DNA of 64,000 bases from Alphaproteobacteria bacterium (GTDB taxonomy: Bacteria > Pseudomonadota > Alphaproteobacteria > SP197). The notes under the pieces were generated by a model. It was not told where the DNA came from and did no database searches. It was given only the letters and a program-made list of their open reading frames with translations. How positions within the stretch are numbered: position 1 is the first letter of the stretch; the number at the start of each line of letters is the position of its first letter. Below are positions 39,738 to 50,282 of this stretch, piece after piece. A program made the translations under genes and the position numbers. The DNA lies in NCBI GenBank assembly GCA_965228895.1, contig OZ245842.1, positions 320,001-384,000 on the forward strand, given 5' to 3'.

Positions 39738-41189
39738 TCATGCAGCGTGTAGCTTTACGTACTCAAAGTCGCCAGGCTTGTTGTCGATACTGACCTTCGG
39801 CGGCGCAATCCAGCCCGCGTACTCACCAATCTCAGTGACCGGAACCATCAGGGACTGGATGAAATCGCCATCAGCTTTCGATGGCAGCCAGTCCTTGACG
39901 CCAGCATCATACTCTGCGCCGGTGACAATGTTCCCGCTGGGATCAAACAGGTCTTGTGAGAACACACCGATCTTCCGGTTAAATGACTCGTGGGGTAGCT
40001 CCAACTGAAACTGGATTCCCGACTTCTTAATCAAGTTGTTCCATCGACCAACACCGCCTGTGGCGTCGCGAATGTAGTCGTCACGAAGACGCATGTTAAT
40101 TGCTGTCAGAGCCGGCACGTCTTTCTGAATCAGCTTACCGTCCTCCAGATCCCAGACGCGATACGTGTCATTCGTGAGCTTGTGATCATCATCAATACGG
40201 TGCTCCATGAAACGCCCCTTGATGCCAGCGTTGAATGCGTTCGCCGCGTTGGTTGAGACTTCTTGGCCAAACAAATCGAGACTGAGCGTGAAATGAAGAT
40301 TCAGCTTCTTTTGTATGGTCGGTAGATCGATAACACCGAGTCCACGAATTCGGTCGACGTCGTAAGGATCCTCTATACGGTTGTCATTCATGACCTGACA
40401 TGTGCGTTCGACCGTACGACCGACTCCGGTTTCCCCAACGAACATATGGTGCGCTTCCTCGGTCAGCATGAAGCGGCAGCTTCGCGATAGCGGGTCAAAG
40501 CCGGACTGGGCAAGGCTCTCGAGCTGCATCTTCCCATCACGATCGGTGAAATAGGTGAACATGAAGAACGACAACCAGTCTGGTGTTTCTTCGTTGAAGG
40601 CGCCCAGTAGGCGAGGCACCTCTTCAGAACCCGATCGACGACGCAACAGGTCGTCGGCCTCTTCGCGGCCATCAACACCGAAGTACTTATGCAGCAGATA
40701 AACCATGGCCCACAGGTGACGGCCCTCTTCGACATTGATTTGAAACAGGTTGCGCATGTCGTAGAGCGACGGGGCAGTCATGCCCAGAAAGCGCTGCTGC
40801 TCAACAGACGCGGGCTCCGTGTCGCCTTGAATCACGATAAGCCGTTTTAGCACACTTCGGTATTCGCCCGGGACTTCTTGCCAGGCGAGTTGGCCCGCAT
40901 GTTCGCCACAAGGGATGGTTCGATCCTCGACCTGAGGCGCAAGGAGAATACCCCATCGGTATTCAGGCATCTTAACGTAGTCGAACTTCGCCCATCCCTT
41001 TGGATCGACGGAGACCGCAGTTCGTAGATAGACCTCGGACCTTTGGAATCGCTCGGGGATCAGGTCGCTCCACCATTTTATGTAGCGGGGGTGCCACTTC
41101 TCAAGTGCCTTAAGGACACGGCGATCCGAAGACAGACCGACGTTGTTTGGAATTTGCGTGTCATATCGGACGTTCGTGCTGTCGGGCAT
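39738..41189 (-). CDS. boxB: Benzoyl-CoA 2,3-epoxidase di-iron subunit
   Basis: IPNNV, QGDTEPASVEQ, EEGRH, EEAHH. Confidence 0.95.
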   Translation of the reverse strand: MPDSTNVRYDTQIPNNVGLSSDRRVLKALEKWHPRYIKWWSDLIPERFQRSEVYLRTAVSVDPKGWAKFDYVKMPEYRWGILLAPQVEDRTIPCGEHAGQLAWQEVPGEYRSVLKRLIVIQGDTEPASVEQQRFLGMTAPSLYDMRNLFQINVEEGRHLWAMVYLLHKYFGVDGREEADDLLRRRSGSEEVPRLLGAFNEETPDWLSFFMFTYFTDRDGKMQLESLAQSGFDPLSRSCRFMLTEEAHHMFVGETGVGRTVERTCQVMNDNRIEDPYDVDRIRGLGVIDLPTIQKKLNLHFTLSLDLFGQEVSTNAANAFNAGIKGRFMEHRIDDDHKLTNDTYRVWDLEDGKLIQKDVPALTAINMRLRDDYIRDATGGVGRWNNLIKKSGIQFQLELPHESFNRKIGVFSQDLFDPSGNIVTGAEYDAGVKDWLPSKADGDFIQSLMVPVTEIGEYAGWIAPPKVSIDNKPGDFEYVKLHAA

Positions 41190-41209
41190 TGTTTGAAGAC
41201 TCCTGAGGC

Positions 41210-42862
41210 TCAAACGCGTTGGATGTTGTACTCGCCACGGACGCCGGTGCCGTAACGCTGCAAAGCACCATTTTCGCCGACGGCATTGGGGCGCTGAAAA
41301 ATCCAGTTCTGCCAAGCGGTAAGGCGTCCGAAGATCTTGGTTTCCATGGTTTCGGGCCCGGCGAACCGCAGATTTGCTTCCAATCCGGACATTGCATCGG
41401 GACTGAACGAGGCGCGCTCTTCCATAAAAATCCGGACTTCGTTTTCCCAGTCGACATCATCCAGGGCGAACGTGACCAGGCCGAGTTCCAATGCTCTGGC
41501 CGCATCTAGCTTCTCGCCAATCGTGCCCTTGAGTGCTTCGACCCTCTCGGGCTCGCCGAGAAACCGAGTTTGCAGTCGGGTAAGGCCGTTGCTCGCTGCA
41601 AACTCGCCGAAGTTTGCATCGCTGAGGCCGATCTGCGCCGGCGTGCGGTTGTCGCCTTCGAAGTCACCCTCCATCATGTAGGTGCGGTCTACGCCCCACA
41701 GGATTTCAGCCAGCCCGCCCGCGAAGCACGATCCATTCTCGACCAGGGCAACCAGAGAACGCGACGTCACATCGATCCGCTTAAGTACGCGCTTCCAGTA
41801 GGCCATGATTTCGTTGGCCAACCAGTGTCCCTTGTTGGCGACGAGAGAAGCTTCGTGGGCTAGTACGGCATCCGGATCGCCCTGGCTGCGGAAGACGATG
41901 AGGCCGAGTTCCGTCTCGTTTAGGCGGAGATGGAGAATTGCGTCGTCGAGCTCACGAGCTAATCGAAGCAAGTAGAATGCGTCGCCCAGCGCAACGAGGT
42001 CGTCCGATGAGCCCGGTGGATCGTTATCAGGGCCACTGATGTTGATTGTCGCCTTTTGTCCTTTGCGATCGACGACCACATCGGCAAGTGAGTACGCCAC
42101 AGAGCCATCTTCACCAAATATTCGAGAGATTGGCCCGAGCGATATTCCCTTCTCCGCCTTCTTCGGAATGCTGGCCGCAAATTCTCTCGCGCGGGCGTTG
42201 ACGAACTGGTCAAACTTGAAGCTTGGGATCAGCTCGTCGACGAGGCGCCATTCAACCGCGCGCTTGCCTCTCACACCCTCTTCGGTTGAACAGAAGATGT
42301 CAGCGAGGTCGCGGCGTACCATTCGCTTGTCCGTGACTCTGGTAAGCCCGCCCGTGCCGGGAAGGACTGCCAAAAGCGGCACCTCGGGCAGCGCCACGGC
42401 AGAAGATCCATCATCGGTCAGCATAATGTGGTTGCAGGCCAACGCGAGCTCGTACCCGCCGCCAGCACATGTACCCTTTACGGCTGCAATGTATTTCTGA
42501 CCGGACTCGACTTCGGCTGCCTCGAGCGTATTTCGGGTTTCATTGGTGAACTTGCAGAAGTTGACCTTGTCCGCATGGGACGCACGACCCAGCATCCGAA
42601 TGTTGGCGCCAGCGCAAAAAACATTGTCCTTCCCCGAACGCAAGACGACGACCTTTACCTCGGGATGCTCGAACTGTAGCCGCTGAACAACATCCGCGAG
42701 TTCGATATCGACACCAAGGTCATACGAATTGAGCTTTAACTGATACCCATCAGACAAACCGCCCTTCTCGTCGACATCCATGTACAAGTTGGCGATGTCG
42801 CCGCTGTAGTCGACGCGCCAATGACGATAGCGGGACGGGTTAGTCTGAAAATCGATCATCAT
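41210..42862 (-). CDS. boxC: 2,3-epoxybenzoyl-CoA dihydrolase
   Basis: LKLNSYDLGVDIEL, FCKFTNETRN, AWQNWIFQRPNA. Confidence 0.95.
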   Translation of the reverse strand: MMIDFQTNPSRYRHWRVDYSGDIANLYMDVDEKGGLSDGYQLKLNSYDLGVDIELADVVQRLQFEHPEVKVVVLRSGKDNVFCAGANIRMLGRASHADKVNFCKFTNETRNTLEAAEVESGQKYIAAVKGTCAGGGYELALACNHIMLTDDGSSAVALPEVPLLAVLPGTGGLTRVTDKRMVRRDLADIFCSTEEGVRGKRAVEWRLVDELIPSFKFDQFVNARAREFAASIPKKAEKGISLGPISRIFGEDGSVAYSLADVVVDRKGQKATINISGPDNDPPGSSDDLVALGDAFYLLRLARELDDAILHLRLNETELGLIVFRSQGDPDAVLAHEASLVANKGHWLANEIMAYWKRVLKRIDVTSRSLVALVENGSCFAGGLAEILWGVDRTYMMEGDFEGDNRTPAQIGLSDANFGEFAASNGLTRLQTRFLGEPERVEALKGTIGEKLDAARALELGLVTFALDDVDWENEVRIFMEERASFSPDAMSGLEANLRFAGPETMETKIFGRLTAWQNWIFQRPNAVGENGALQRYGTGVRGEYNIQRV

Positions 42863-42910
42863 GAACTCCGGCCGGTCTTGCTCGCTGCTCGACTCTCACA
42901 TTCTATGGAT

Positions 42911-42926
42911 GTGCAGTATAATACAC
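42911..42926. promoter_or_regulatory. Putative BoxR operator upstream of boxC
   Basis: GTGCAGTATAATACAC imperfect palindrome in an AT-rich promoter region. Confidence 0.5.
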
Positions 42927-43462
42927 TATCATCATGATGTACACCTTTCTGTGATAAACTTCTTAAGTTATTTCAGACTATTACATCGAATGAGAGATTT
43001 TCTAAGACTTGTGAATTTTATTGCAAAAATCCGAAGCTAGCCGCTCAGCTTCGATCTGGTTCATCCAATCTGTCAGGTCGAGGACTCCGTGCAGCCCCAA
43101 CAATGCCGACGTGACAGAACCTTGAGTACGTTCTGGAAGCCGAGGTTCGTCGCAAGCCGTTCTGGTCAAAACTCGGCAGCGACACCGGACTTTAGGTTAT
43201 TCAAACAGATCGACATGGGGGCGTGGCGTGCGCCCTAAGATGCAGAGGCAATGAGTAGTTGCCCAGTTGTTGTGTCGGACATACTTGCAATGACGGTTCC
43301 ACGACGTCCTCAGACCAGCGCGTCAGGATCCCTAGTATCGCGTTACCCAGCATGCGGGCGTAGAGGTTGGAGAAACCCGCACGTCCGTCACTCCTCACGC
43401 AGCTTGTTTACGCGACCTGTTCACCCGCGGTCAGTCCGTTTCCCTTGATCAGTCAGTGCCCA

Positions 43463-44995
43463 TTACGCGGGCGTGCGAAGCTTGAAACGCTGAATCTTGC
43501 CTGTCGCCGTTTTCGGCAGTTCATCAACGACTTCAATCCAGCGCGGGTACTTCCATTTGCCAATGCTGTCTTTGACAAACTCTTTAAGATCGCCCAGAGA
43601 CACCTCCGTTGGTTCGCCTTTGAGCACCACGAACGCTTTCGGTTTCTCGAGACCATCCTCGTCACGTTTAGCAACAACTGCAGCTTCCAGTACGTCCGGA
43701 TGACCAACTAAAGTCTGTTCGATCTCGAACGGCGACACCCAGATCCCTGACACTTTGAACATGTCGTCAGTGCGACCGCAAAACACCAAACGACCTCCTT
43801 CGATAAGCTCGTACTTATCGCCGGTACGCGTCCATGATCCCTCGAACGTTAAGCGGCTCTTCTCGCGCTGGTTCCAATACCCATCGGCCGCTGAGTCGCC
43901 GTGGACGAGCAGCTCGCCAATCTTACCGGTCGTGACCTCGTTGTCGTTGTCGTCGACAAGCCGCAGTGTGTAACCAGGAACTGCCACGCCCGATGTTCCG
44001 TAGACAACGTCGCCTGGCGCATTCGAGAGAAAGATGTGAAGCATCTCGGTCGAACCGACACCATCGAGAATGTCGACTCCTAAGAGTGCATGCCACTTCC
44101 TGCCCAGTTCTGACGGCAGCGCCTCGCCAGCTGAAATGCAGAGTCGAAGCATCGCGACCCTCGGCGGGCCAACTTCCTCCCAGTAGTGCAAGGCCGCCGC
44201 ATAAAGAGTTGGTACGCCGCAGAATATGGTCGGATTGTCATTCTGGAGTATCTGTGAAACGACTTCCGGCGTGGGACGGCCGCCAAACAAGATGGCGGTC
44301 GCTCCGACCGACAGAGGGAACGTCATTGCGTTGCCTAGACCGTACGCGAAGAACAATTTGGCGACGGAGAAAACCACGTCGTCTTCTCGAATACTCAGAA
44401 TTTTTGCACCATAGGTGTCGGCCGTGAACTTTAGGCTCCCGTGCACGTGGCGTACACCCTTTGGACGTCCGGTTGAGCCGGAGGAATAGAGCCAAAATGC
44501 GGTCTCATCGCGAGCAACCTCAACAGCATCGCGCGGTTCGGATCCTTTCATGAAGGCATCGAACGTGATGCCCTCGGGCGCAGTTTCACCGATTACGACA
44601 ACTTGGCGAAGGAAGGGATTTTGTCGCAGTAAAGGCGCAATCTTCTCGAAGAGTTCCTTTGATACAAACAGGCATGATGCGCGGCTATCGTTTAGGATTT
44701 CGTTGTAGAGGGCGGTCGACAGAAGTGTGTTGAGCGGGATTGGTACGACGCCCGCCTTGAGCGCACCCCAGAAGATTATTGGGAACTCGATTTGATCGAG
44801 GACGAGCATGAGTGCGCGTTCCTCTCGCCGAGTTCCGCCCTTCAGCAGTCCGTCTGCAACGCGTCCAGTTGCTGAACTCAGATCTGAATAGCTGATAGAT
44901 CGCCTTTTACCGACCACCTCGCGAAACGCCGTCTTGTTCTCACGACCTTCGGTCACGTGCCGGTCGACGAAATAGAGAGCGGCATTCTCGTTCAA
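43463..44995 (-). CDS. Benzoate-CoA ligase
   Basis: WLYSSGSTGRPKG, KLFFAYGLGN, DGVGSTEMLHIF, TATGKIQRF; TTG start with GGAGG. Confidence 0.92.
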   Translation of the reverse strand: MNENAALYFVDRHVTEGRENKTAFREVVGKRRSISYSDLSSATGRVADGLLKGGTRREERALMLVLDQIEFPIIFWGALKAGVVPIPLNTLLSTALYNEILNDSRASCLFVSKELFEKIAPLLRQNPFLRQVVVIGETAPEGITFDAFMKGSEPRDAVEVARDETAFWLYSSGSTGRPKGVRHVHGSLKFTADTYGAKILSIREDDVVFSVAKLFFAYGLGNAMTFPLSVGATAILFGGRPTPEVVSQILQNDNPTIFCGVPTLYAAALHYWEEVGPPRVAMLRLCISAGEALPSELGRKWHALLGVDILDGVGSTEMLHIFLSNAPGDVVYGTSGVAVPGYTLRLVDDNDNEVTTGKIGELLVHGDSAADGYWNQREKSRLTFEGSWTRTGDKYELIEGGRLVFCGRTDDMFKVSGIWVSPFEIEQTLVGHPDVLEAAVVAKRDEDGLEKPKAFVVLKGEPTEVSLGDLKEFVKDSIGKWKYPRWIEVVDELPKTATGKIQRFKLRTPA

Positions 44996-45163
44996 CTATG
45001 CTCCCTCCCCATATTCAGTCCCGTCTTCTGTCGCAGCGGCAATTGCCATGCGTTCCGCCCGATTTCCTGTGGAGTCAACTGCGCATGCGGCACTAGGAAA
45101 TGGGCTTTGGCATTGTTGTAAGGCAATGACCATCGACGCTCAGCGACTGGGTGGCATGACAAT

Positions 45164-46297
45164 CTACCCAGCGGCCAACTGTGGTGATGTCTGTGTTTGT
45201 TCCAGGTATGATCGATAGGACTGGCAGATAAGACCATTGACAAATAGGACCGGCTGTTCACGGGCTGGTAGCAAGCGGCTGCGATCTAGAACGCCTGTGC
45301 GCAACCCTTTTTGCTGAATTGCCGTCGCATCACCGTCTTCAATGAAGGTCTGTTCGTAAAGAGCGATCCACGCCTCAACCGTCGCTTCATCGGACCCCTC
45401 TTCCATGAAGTAATGGATGGTTTGACAAACGCTTTCGGAACCTGTCGGGCGCATTTGGGTGGCGATCATCAGGTCGTCGTGCTGCAACAAGACAAGGCCT
45501 GGAAAAATGCTTAGTGAACGAAAATTGTCAGCGCGCAGCGCTGTTTTGCTCGGCCCTTCGCGAGGGGGATAACGCGAAGCCATGAAGCGCGAACAGTATC
45601 GCGTGTTGATCTTATTGATATCGGCTTCAAACGCTGCCGCAAACGAGCTGGGATGAATGTTGTTGCAGTGATAACACTCGACAAAATTGTCGTACCAGAG
45701 TTTCCAGTTCGAGCAAACGTCGTGCCTGCATTCCCGCACGAATTTGTAGCGCGCTAGATCCAGGTCCATACCTATTCTTTCTGCTTCTGCGGCCATGTCT
45801 GGGAAGAATTCCAAAATTGGCTTAGCATTTGGATCAGCATTGACGAACACCCACGGTCCCAATTGGTCAATCGCAACCGGCAAAAGGCCGAGCTGATTCA
45901 CTGGAAAATCATCTTCGGCATCACTTCCAGGTGCATTGGCAAGCTGGCCATTGAGCCTGTAGGACCAGGCGTGATAGCGACATACGAGTCGCTTGCATTT
46001 CTTTGTGTTCTTCTCTGCCACCTGATAGCCGCGATGGCGGCAGACGTTGACGAACGCATGCAGCTTGCCGTCGTCGCCGCGAGTGGCGACCACGGGTACG
46101 TCGCCAGCGTAGCCAACCATTACATCACCGGGATCCGACAACTCTGACAGCGGCCCGATGTACTGCCAGTTGCGCCGATAGACCGATTTCAGATCCAAAT
46201 CGTAGATTGCCGGATCAAAGTAGAAGTGCGCTGGCAGGCCCCAAGACTGTTCGAGCTTAACTTGAATGTCGTCTATATCGATCAAGTTGGTGTGCAT
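45164..46297 (-). CDS. Rieske non-heme iron oxygenase alpha subunit (CntA/choline monooxygenase-like group)
   Basis: CRH...CRYH; NWKLWYDNFVECYHCNNIH; GGAGG before ATG 46297. Confidence 0.88.
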   Translation of the reverse strand: MHTNLIDIDDIQVKLEQSWGLPAHFYFDPAIYDLDLKSVYRRNWQYIGPLSELSDPGDVMVGYAGDVPVVATRGDDGKLHAFVNVCRHRGYQVAEKNTKKCKRLVCRYHAWSYRLNGQLANAPGSDAEDDFPVNQLGLLPVAIDQLGPWVFVNADPNAKPILEFFPDMAAEAERIGMDLDLARYKFVRECRHDVCSNWKLWYDNFVECYHCNNIHPSSFAAAFEADINKINTRYCSRFMASRYPPREGPSKTALRADNFRSLSIFPGLVLLQHDDLMIATQMRPTGSESVCQTIHYFMEEGSDEATVEAWIALYEQTFIEDGDATAIQQKGLRTGVLDRSRLLPAREQPVLFVNGLICQSYRSYLEQTQTSPQLAAG

Positions 46298-46727
46298 TTC
46301 AGCCTCCAAAGCCGTTAGTTCCCGCTGCGCTCATACATCAAGCTAACAGGCCGTGTTGTGGCGTTATAATGCATGTTCTGCGACATAGTGCAACAGTAGA
46401 CTCATCAAGCTGTAGTATGTCGGCAGCGATTTCACGCTGTTCCATCAAACCGAGGGCTTTGCTTCGTGAAGCACCTACACTGGAGGAAGAGATCTTCGAC
46501 GTTCCGGAGCCGCAAGGCTGCGTTGGTGTCACGAGCTCCCTCACGAGCCAAGAGATGATCTTGCTGCGGGCCTAGAGCAGTAATCGTCGCTGCGTCTACT
46601 CGAAGCCGGGAAATCTGCTGATCTTCCCCGCCTAGTGCTGCCACCTCGTTCAGCCAGTTTCGCGGTATGGCGAGGAGTTTGTGTCGTCTTCAATGCGACC
46701 GTTTCGCACCGCCAGACATCCCGCACC

Positions 46728-46755
46728 ATTTTCCATAATGCAGAATATGGAACTT
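46728..46755 (+). repeat. dif-like site 2
   Basis: ATTTTCCATAA-TGCAGA-ATATGGAACTT. Confidence 0.6.
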
Positions 46756-46923
46756 ACGACTGTAGGCGGAGAGCCAATAGGTCAGTGTCCATCCTAGCTG
46801 ACGAAGTCATCAGAGATGAGAATAGGACGTGCGCCTCGTGATATTGATTCCACTTTGTTCGGGCGGAGATACCGATAACCTCTGACTCTTGTAGGAGTCC
46901 TAGCGCTCACCATTGTTAGGCAA

Positions 46924-47381
46924 CCTGTCCCAATCGAACACTCTATCTGCCGATCGAGCCTTGACAGGCAGACCGGTCAGCCGGTGATCGGTTGTCATGT
47001 AGAATGTCCTGCGAACGATGTTGTCGTGTCTGTTTCGTTGCCTGGTGCGTGGACCAGCGACCGAAACGGGCCTGAGGGGATGTGCATTCGAGGTCGGCCG
47101 ATTGCGCCACAATCGCCTTGGCAAAACGGATACGTTGAACGTGTCATCGGGTCGATTCGACGCGATCTACTGAACCACTTTGTCGACGTAAACGAAGGAC
47201 ACCTCAGAAAACTGTTTCGCCGTAATGCCGACTACTAACAGCGGCTTTCGTACCAGTCTTGGATTGGCGAAAGACACCCCAGACTATCGACCCATTCAAT
47301 CGATTTGAAAGACCTCGTCACAGCAGTTCCTGGTGGCCTGCACCACGCCTAGTTGCGGATGGAGTAAACAGTAGGGACAGG
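46924..47381 (+). mobile_element. Internally deleted IS remnant (integrase-core transposase)
   Basis: Imperfect terminal IRs CCTGTCCC.../...GGGACAGG; SPWQNGYVERVIGSIRR and GGLHH fragments. Confidence 0.7.
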
Positions 47382-47493
47382 TACTAGCAACGCCTGACCT
47401 TGTCCTATGTCAGTTGAAAGAGCGCCCTATCTTCCGCCTTGCAAAACCGCAAACCTCGAGAACGTCGCGCACCACCTCCAGCATACTCGCACG

Positions 47494-48042
47494 TCAGCGT
47501 TGAGTCTTTGCGGTCAGATTTCCGCTTAACGGAACACCGTGCGCAACAGTCATCGCGTTCGGACTGAAGTTAACCGCCGCTTCCTGAATCTCCGCGAGTA
47601 ACTCGTCGTCGGCATCTGCGTCGACGACAATGTGATACTCCATGCCCAACATCTTTATCTCTGCGTCATCGCGCAGGTTCATGAAGCCTGCTAGATCGAG
47701 ACTTCCTCGCACGGTCACCTCGAGCGACCTGATCTCGACATTTTTGACAGACGCGTTGACGACGAAACCGACCATGATGCAGGCGCCGACACCCGACATC
47801 AGGTACTCCTGCGGCGTCGGTCCTTCGGAGTCGCCCAGCAGTTGGGGCGGCTCATCGACAACCCACGTAAACGGTCGAGGGATGATGTCGCTCCCGACCT
47901 TCATGTCGAGCGTCTTGACGTTGGCGCGCACACCCTGGTCCCAATCCAACGACACGCCATACTCGGCAATACCGTTGGCGGGATTCTGCCTGATGCTGTC
48001 CATGGCTTCGAAAAGCGATTTGGTGTCTACGTGGTTGAGCAT
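47494..48042 (-). CDS. OsmC family protein
   Basis: DEPPQLLG...GPTPQEY...GAC; GSLDLAGF. Confidence 0.85.
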   Translation of the reverse strand: MLNHVDTKSLFEAMDSIRQNPANGIAEYGVSLDWDQGVRANVKTLDMKVGSDIIPRPFTWVVDEPPQLLGDSEGPTPQEYLMSGVGACIMVGFVVNASVKNVEIRSLEVTVRGSLDLAGFMNLRDDAEIKMLGMEYHIVVDADADDELLAEIQEAAVNFSPNAMTVAHGVPLSGNLTAKTQR

Positions 48043-48082
48043 GATTCACTCCTATGACTCAGTTCAATGACCCTTGGACCAT

Positions 48083-48613
48083 TCAGGATTCGGAAGGTGG
48101 TGCCGGATACCACGATTCAGGTTCGGGAAACTCGAATCCGTCCGGAATAGTAAATGTCTCGATCGTCGTGCTGATCGCGTCTTCGGTCCCGAAGTAGGCC
48201 CACGGTATCTCGCCCTTCAACGACCCCGACTGGATCACGTCAAAGCCCCGGTCCTTGTACCCCGCAAGTCTCTCTTGCCAACTCAGGCCCGCACAATCGA
48301 CGGCGACGTGATGGATCCCTTCGCCATGGTCGTTGAGGAACTCGTGGTAGATCGTCCGCCCATGAAGCGGCTCAACCACCTCCCACATCATTTTTCCCGA
48401 GAAGGCGATGCAGAGTTTCATCGCAAAGTCTTCCGGCGCGCCCCGGTACATGAGATCGGTGTTGTTCTGTTTGTCGTATGTGTAGATTCGCCACGGTCCT
48501 ACGCCGAGCCGTGTCATGCCTTCGAGTGTTCGAAGATGATCGCGCGTTACGATGCAGACCTGGATCGTCTCGCCCAGAATGTTCGTCGGCATCAGGTTGG
48601 TGTCGTTGTTCAT
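48083..48613 (-). CDS. VOC/glyoxalase family protein (methylmalonyl-CoA epimerase-like)
   Basis: QVCIV, GPW, EVVEP, GEGIHHVA. Confidence 0.82.
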   Translation of the reverse strand: MNNDTNLMPTNILGETIQVCIVTRDHLRTLEGMTRLGVGPWRIYTYDKQNNTDLMYRGAPEDFAMKLCIAFSGKMMWEVVEPLHGRTIYHEFLNDHGEGIHHVAVDCAGLSWQERLAGYKDRGFDVIQSGSLKGEIPWAYFGTEDAISTTIETFTIPDGFEFPEPESWYPAPPSES

Positions 48614-48642
48614 CGTTTTGCCTCTCCTACGTTCGGCCTTGA

Positions 48643-49419
48643 TCACCAGGCCGTATAGCCGCCGTCGACGTGAAGGATCGTACCGGTGCAATAGCTTGAT
48701 GCGTCACTCGACAAGAACAGAACGGCGGAGGCGATCTCACGGGGTTCCGCTAAACGCCCCAAGGGCGTCATATCGACCCAGCGGTCAAACCAATCGGGGT
48801 TCTCTTCCTTCAACGGCAAGACCATGTCGGTCCCGACATATCCTGGCGCGACGGCATTGACCCGAACGTTGTCGGGCGCCAGCGCGCATGCGAGCGACTT
48901 CGTCAGCAGGTGTATGGCGCCCTTGCTGGCAATGTAGGGTACAGAGTTCTGTGGTCGAGAGGCGACGGTCCCGAGAATTGACCCGATGTTGACAATGCAA
49001 CCGCTTTTGCGCGCCGACATGTGCCGTCCGAAGGCCCGCGCACACCAGAAGGCTGCGTCGACATTTACGCTCATGGTGAGGTTCCATTCGTCGTCCGAGG
49101 TCGCCAGTGGGTCGGGAACGAACGCTACGCCGGCATTGTTGACCAAGATATCGACAGGACCTTCGTATGTGATTACCTCGTCTGCGACTTCTGTCACAAT
49201 CGAGGAATCCGTCACATTGACCCGGCGGCTCGTCGCCTCATATCCGGCATCGCGTAACTCAGCGACGGCCGCCATGCCGCTATCGGACTCCTTCTCGAGG
49301 ATCACGATCTTGGCGCCGGCCTCGGCGAGAGCTTGGCAAATCTCGCGTCCAATACCCCGACCGCCGCCGGTCACGACGGCGCGGCGATCGGTGAGACGGA
49401 AACCCTCCAGATACGACAT
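48643..49419 (-). CDS. Short-chain dehydrogenase/reductase
   Basis: TGGGRGIG, NNAG, YIASK. Confidence 0.92.
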   Translation of the reverse strand: MSYLEGFRLTDRRAVVTGGGRGIGREICQALAEAGAKIVILEKESDSGMAAVAELRDAGYEATSRRVNVTDSSIVTEVADEVITYEGPVDILVNNAGVAFVPDPLATSDDEWNLTMSVNVDAAFWCARAFGRHMSARKSGCIVNIGSILGTVASRPQNSVPYIASKGAIHLLTKSLACALAPDNVRVNAVAPGYVGTDMVLPLKEENPDWFDRWVDMTPLGRLAEPREIASAVLFLSSDASSYCTGTILHVDGGYTAW

Positions 49420-50282
49420 CGCAGTATTCTCTACCTTCTCTGCGCGTTCTCACGACGAACAACTGTCTATGCCGCAGTGAAAGCTTGGCCGGATCCGCCG
49501 GTGGCAGGCTTCCGACTTATGCGCAGTTACGATAGGGCCTCCAAACAACGTTACAAAGGAAATTTCTGTTCATCAGATAAAATTATTGCCTAACAGAACT
49601 TTGATGTCCCATAATCTGTGGCATTTGAGACAAGGGGCTACAGGTCTTTGCCCGACCGGAGGTGTTCGTGCGGAACGCCCCCAGCGGAGCAGATAAAATG
49701 GTCTGCGAGGCAGAAACACATGCTGGCGCCGCGACGTTCGTGTTGCGGGGTTTCGACTTCAGCCAACCTTGAATCGATCGATTGGGGGTGCTGAAGTTGA
49801 TAATCGAAAGCACCATGCAGTCCGCCCGGCTGGACGTTGCGCGTCTGCTTCGATTGGCGCCGAACGGACGGGCGTCATACAGCATCACAAGATGGCGAAA
49901 CGGAGAGCCGGACACCGTTGGCTATGCCGCGGTGGTGTCCCGTGCCGCCAAGTCGCCGTCTGCGATGCGCGCGGCCGGCATCAGTTCCGGTGATGCGGTC
50001 GGGTCTTTCTGCTCAGCGGCGCTTGAACATGTCGAGTCAGCCTGCGGTATGGGCTTCGGGTGGCTTCAACCAAAGGTGATGGACTACCGCACGATGGCGT
50101 TTCCGTCGGTGAGATTCAGATCAGTGGCGCTTGGATGACAGCGTCTTACTTGGCGAGTTCATCCGATGAGCAGTCTGACAACCACTGACCAAGAACTGGT
50201 GGCACTGGTCCGAGCAGTCCGACTGGGCAAGTGACATTGACGAATCGAAGCAAGGCTATCGAACTGGAGAAGGACGAAAAAA

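Noticed and set aside
43070-43121. Short inverted repeat CTGTCAGGTCG/CGACGTGACAG with an IS6-like GGTTCTGTCA end
   Set aside because: Too short, with no transposase or target duplication; at most an IS scar
43360-43395. GAAACCCGCACGTCCG resembling group II intron domain V
   Set aside because: The 5' half of domain V, domain VI and an RT are all absent
49604-49625. GTCCCATAATCTG as a fifth dif-like site
   Set aside because: Only one arm matches; no TTATG counterpart at 6-bp spacing
49583-50240. Several short overlapping ORFs between the SDR and the enoyl-CoA hydratase
   Set aside because: No recognisable motifs or RBS; probably decayed gene debris that I cannot assign
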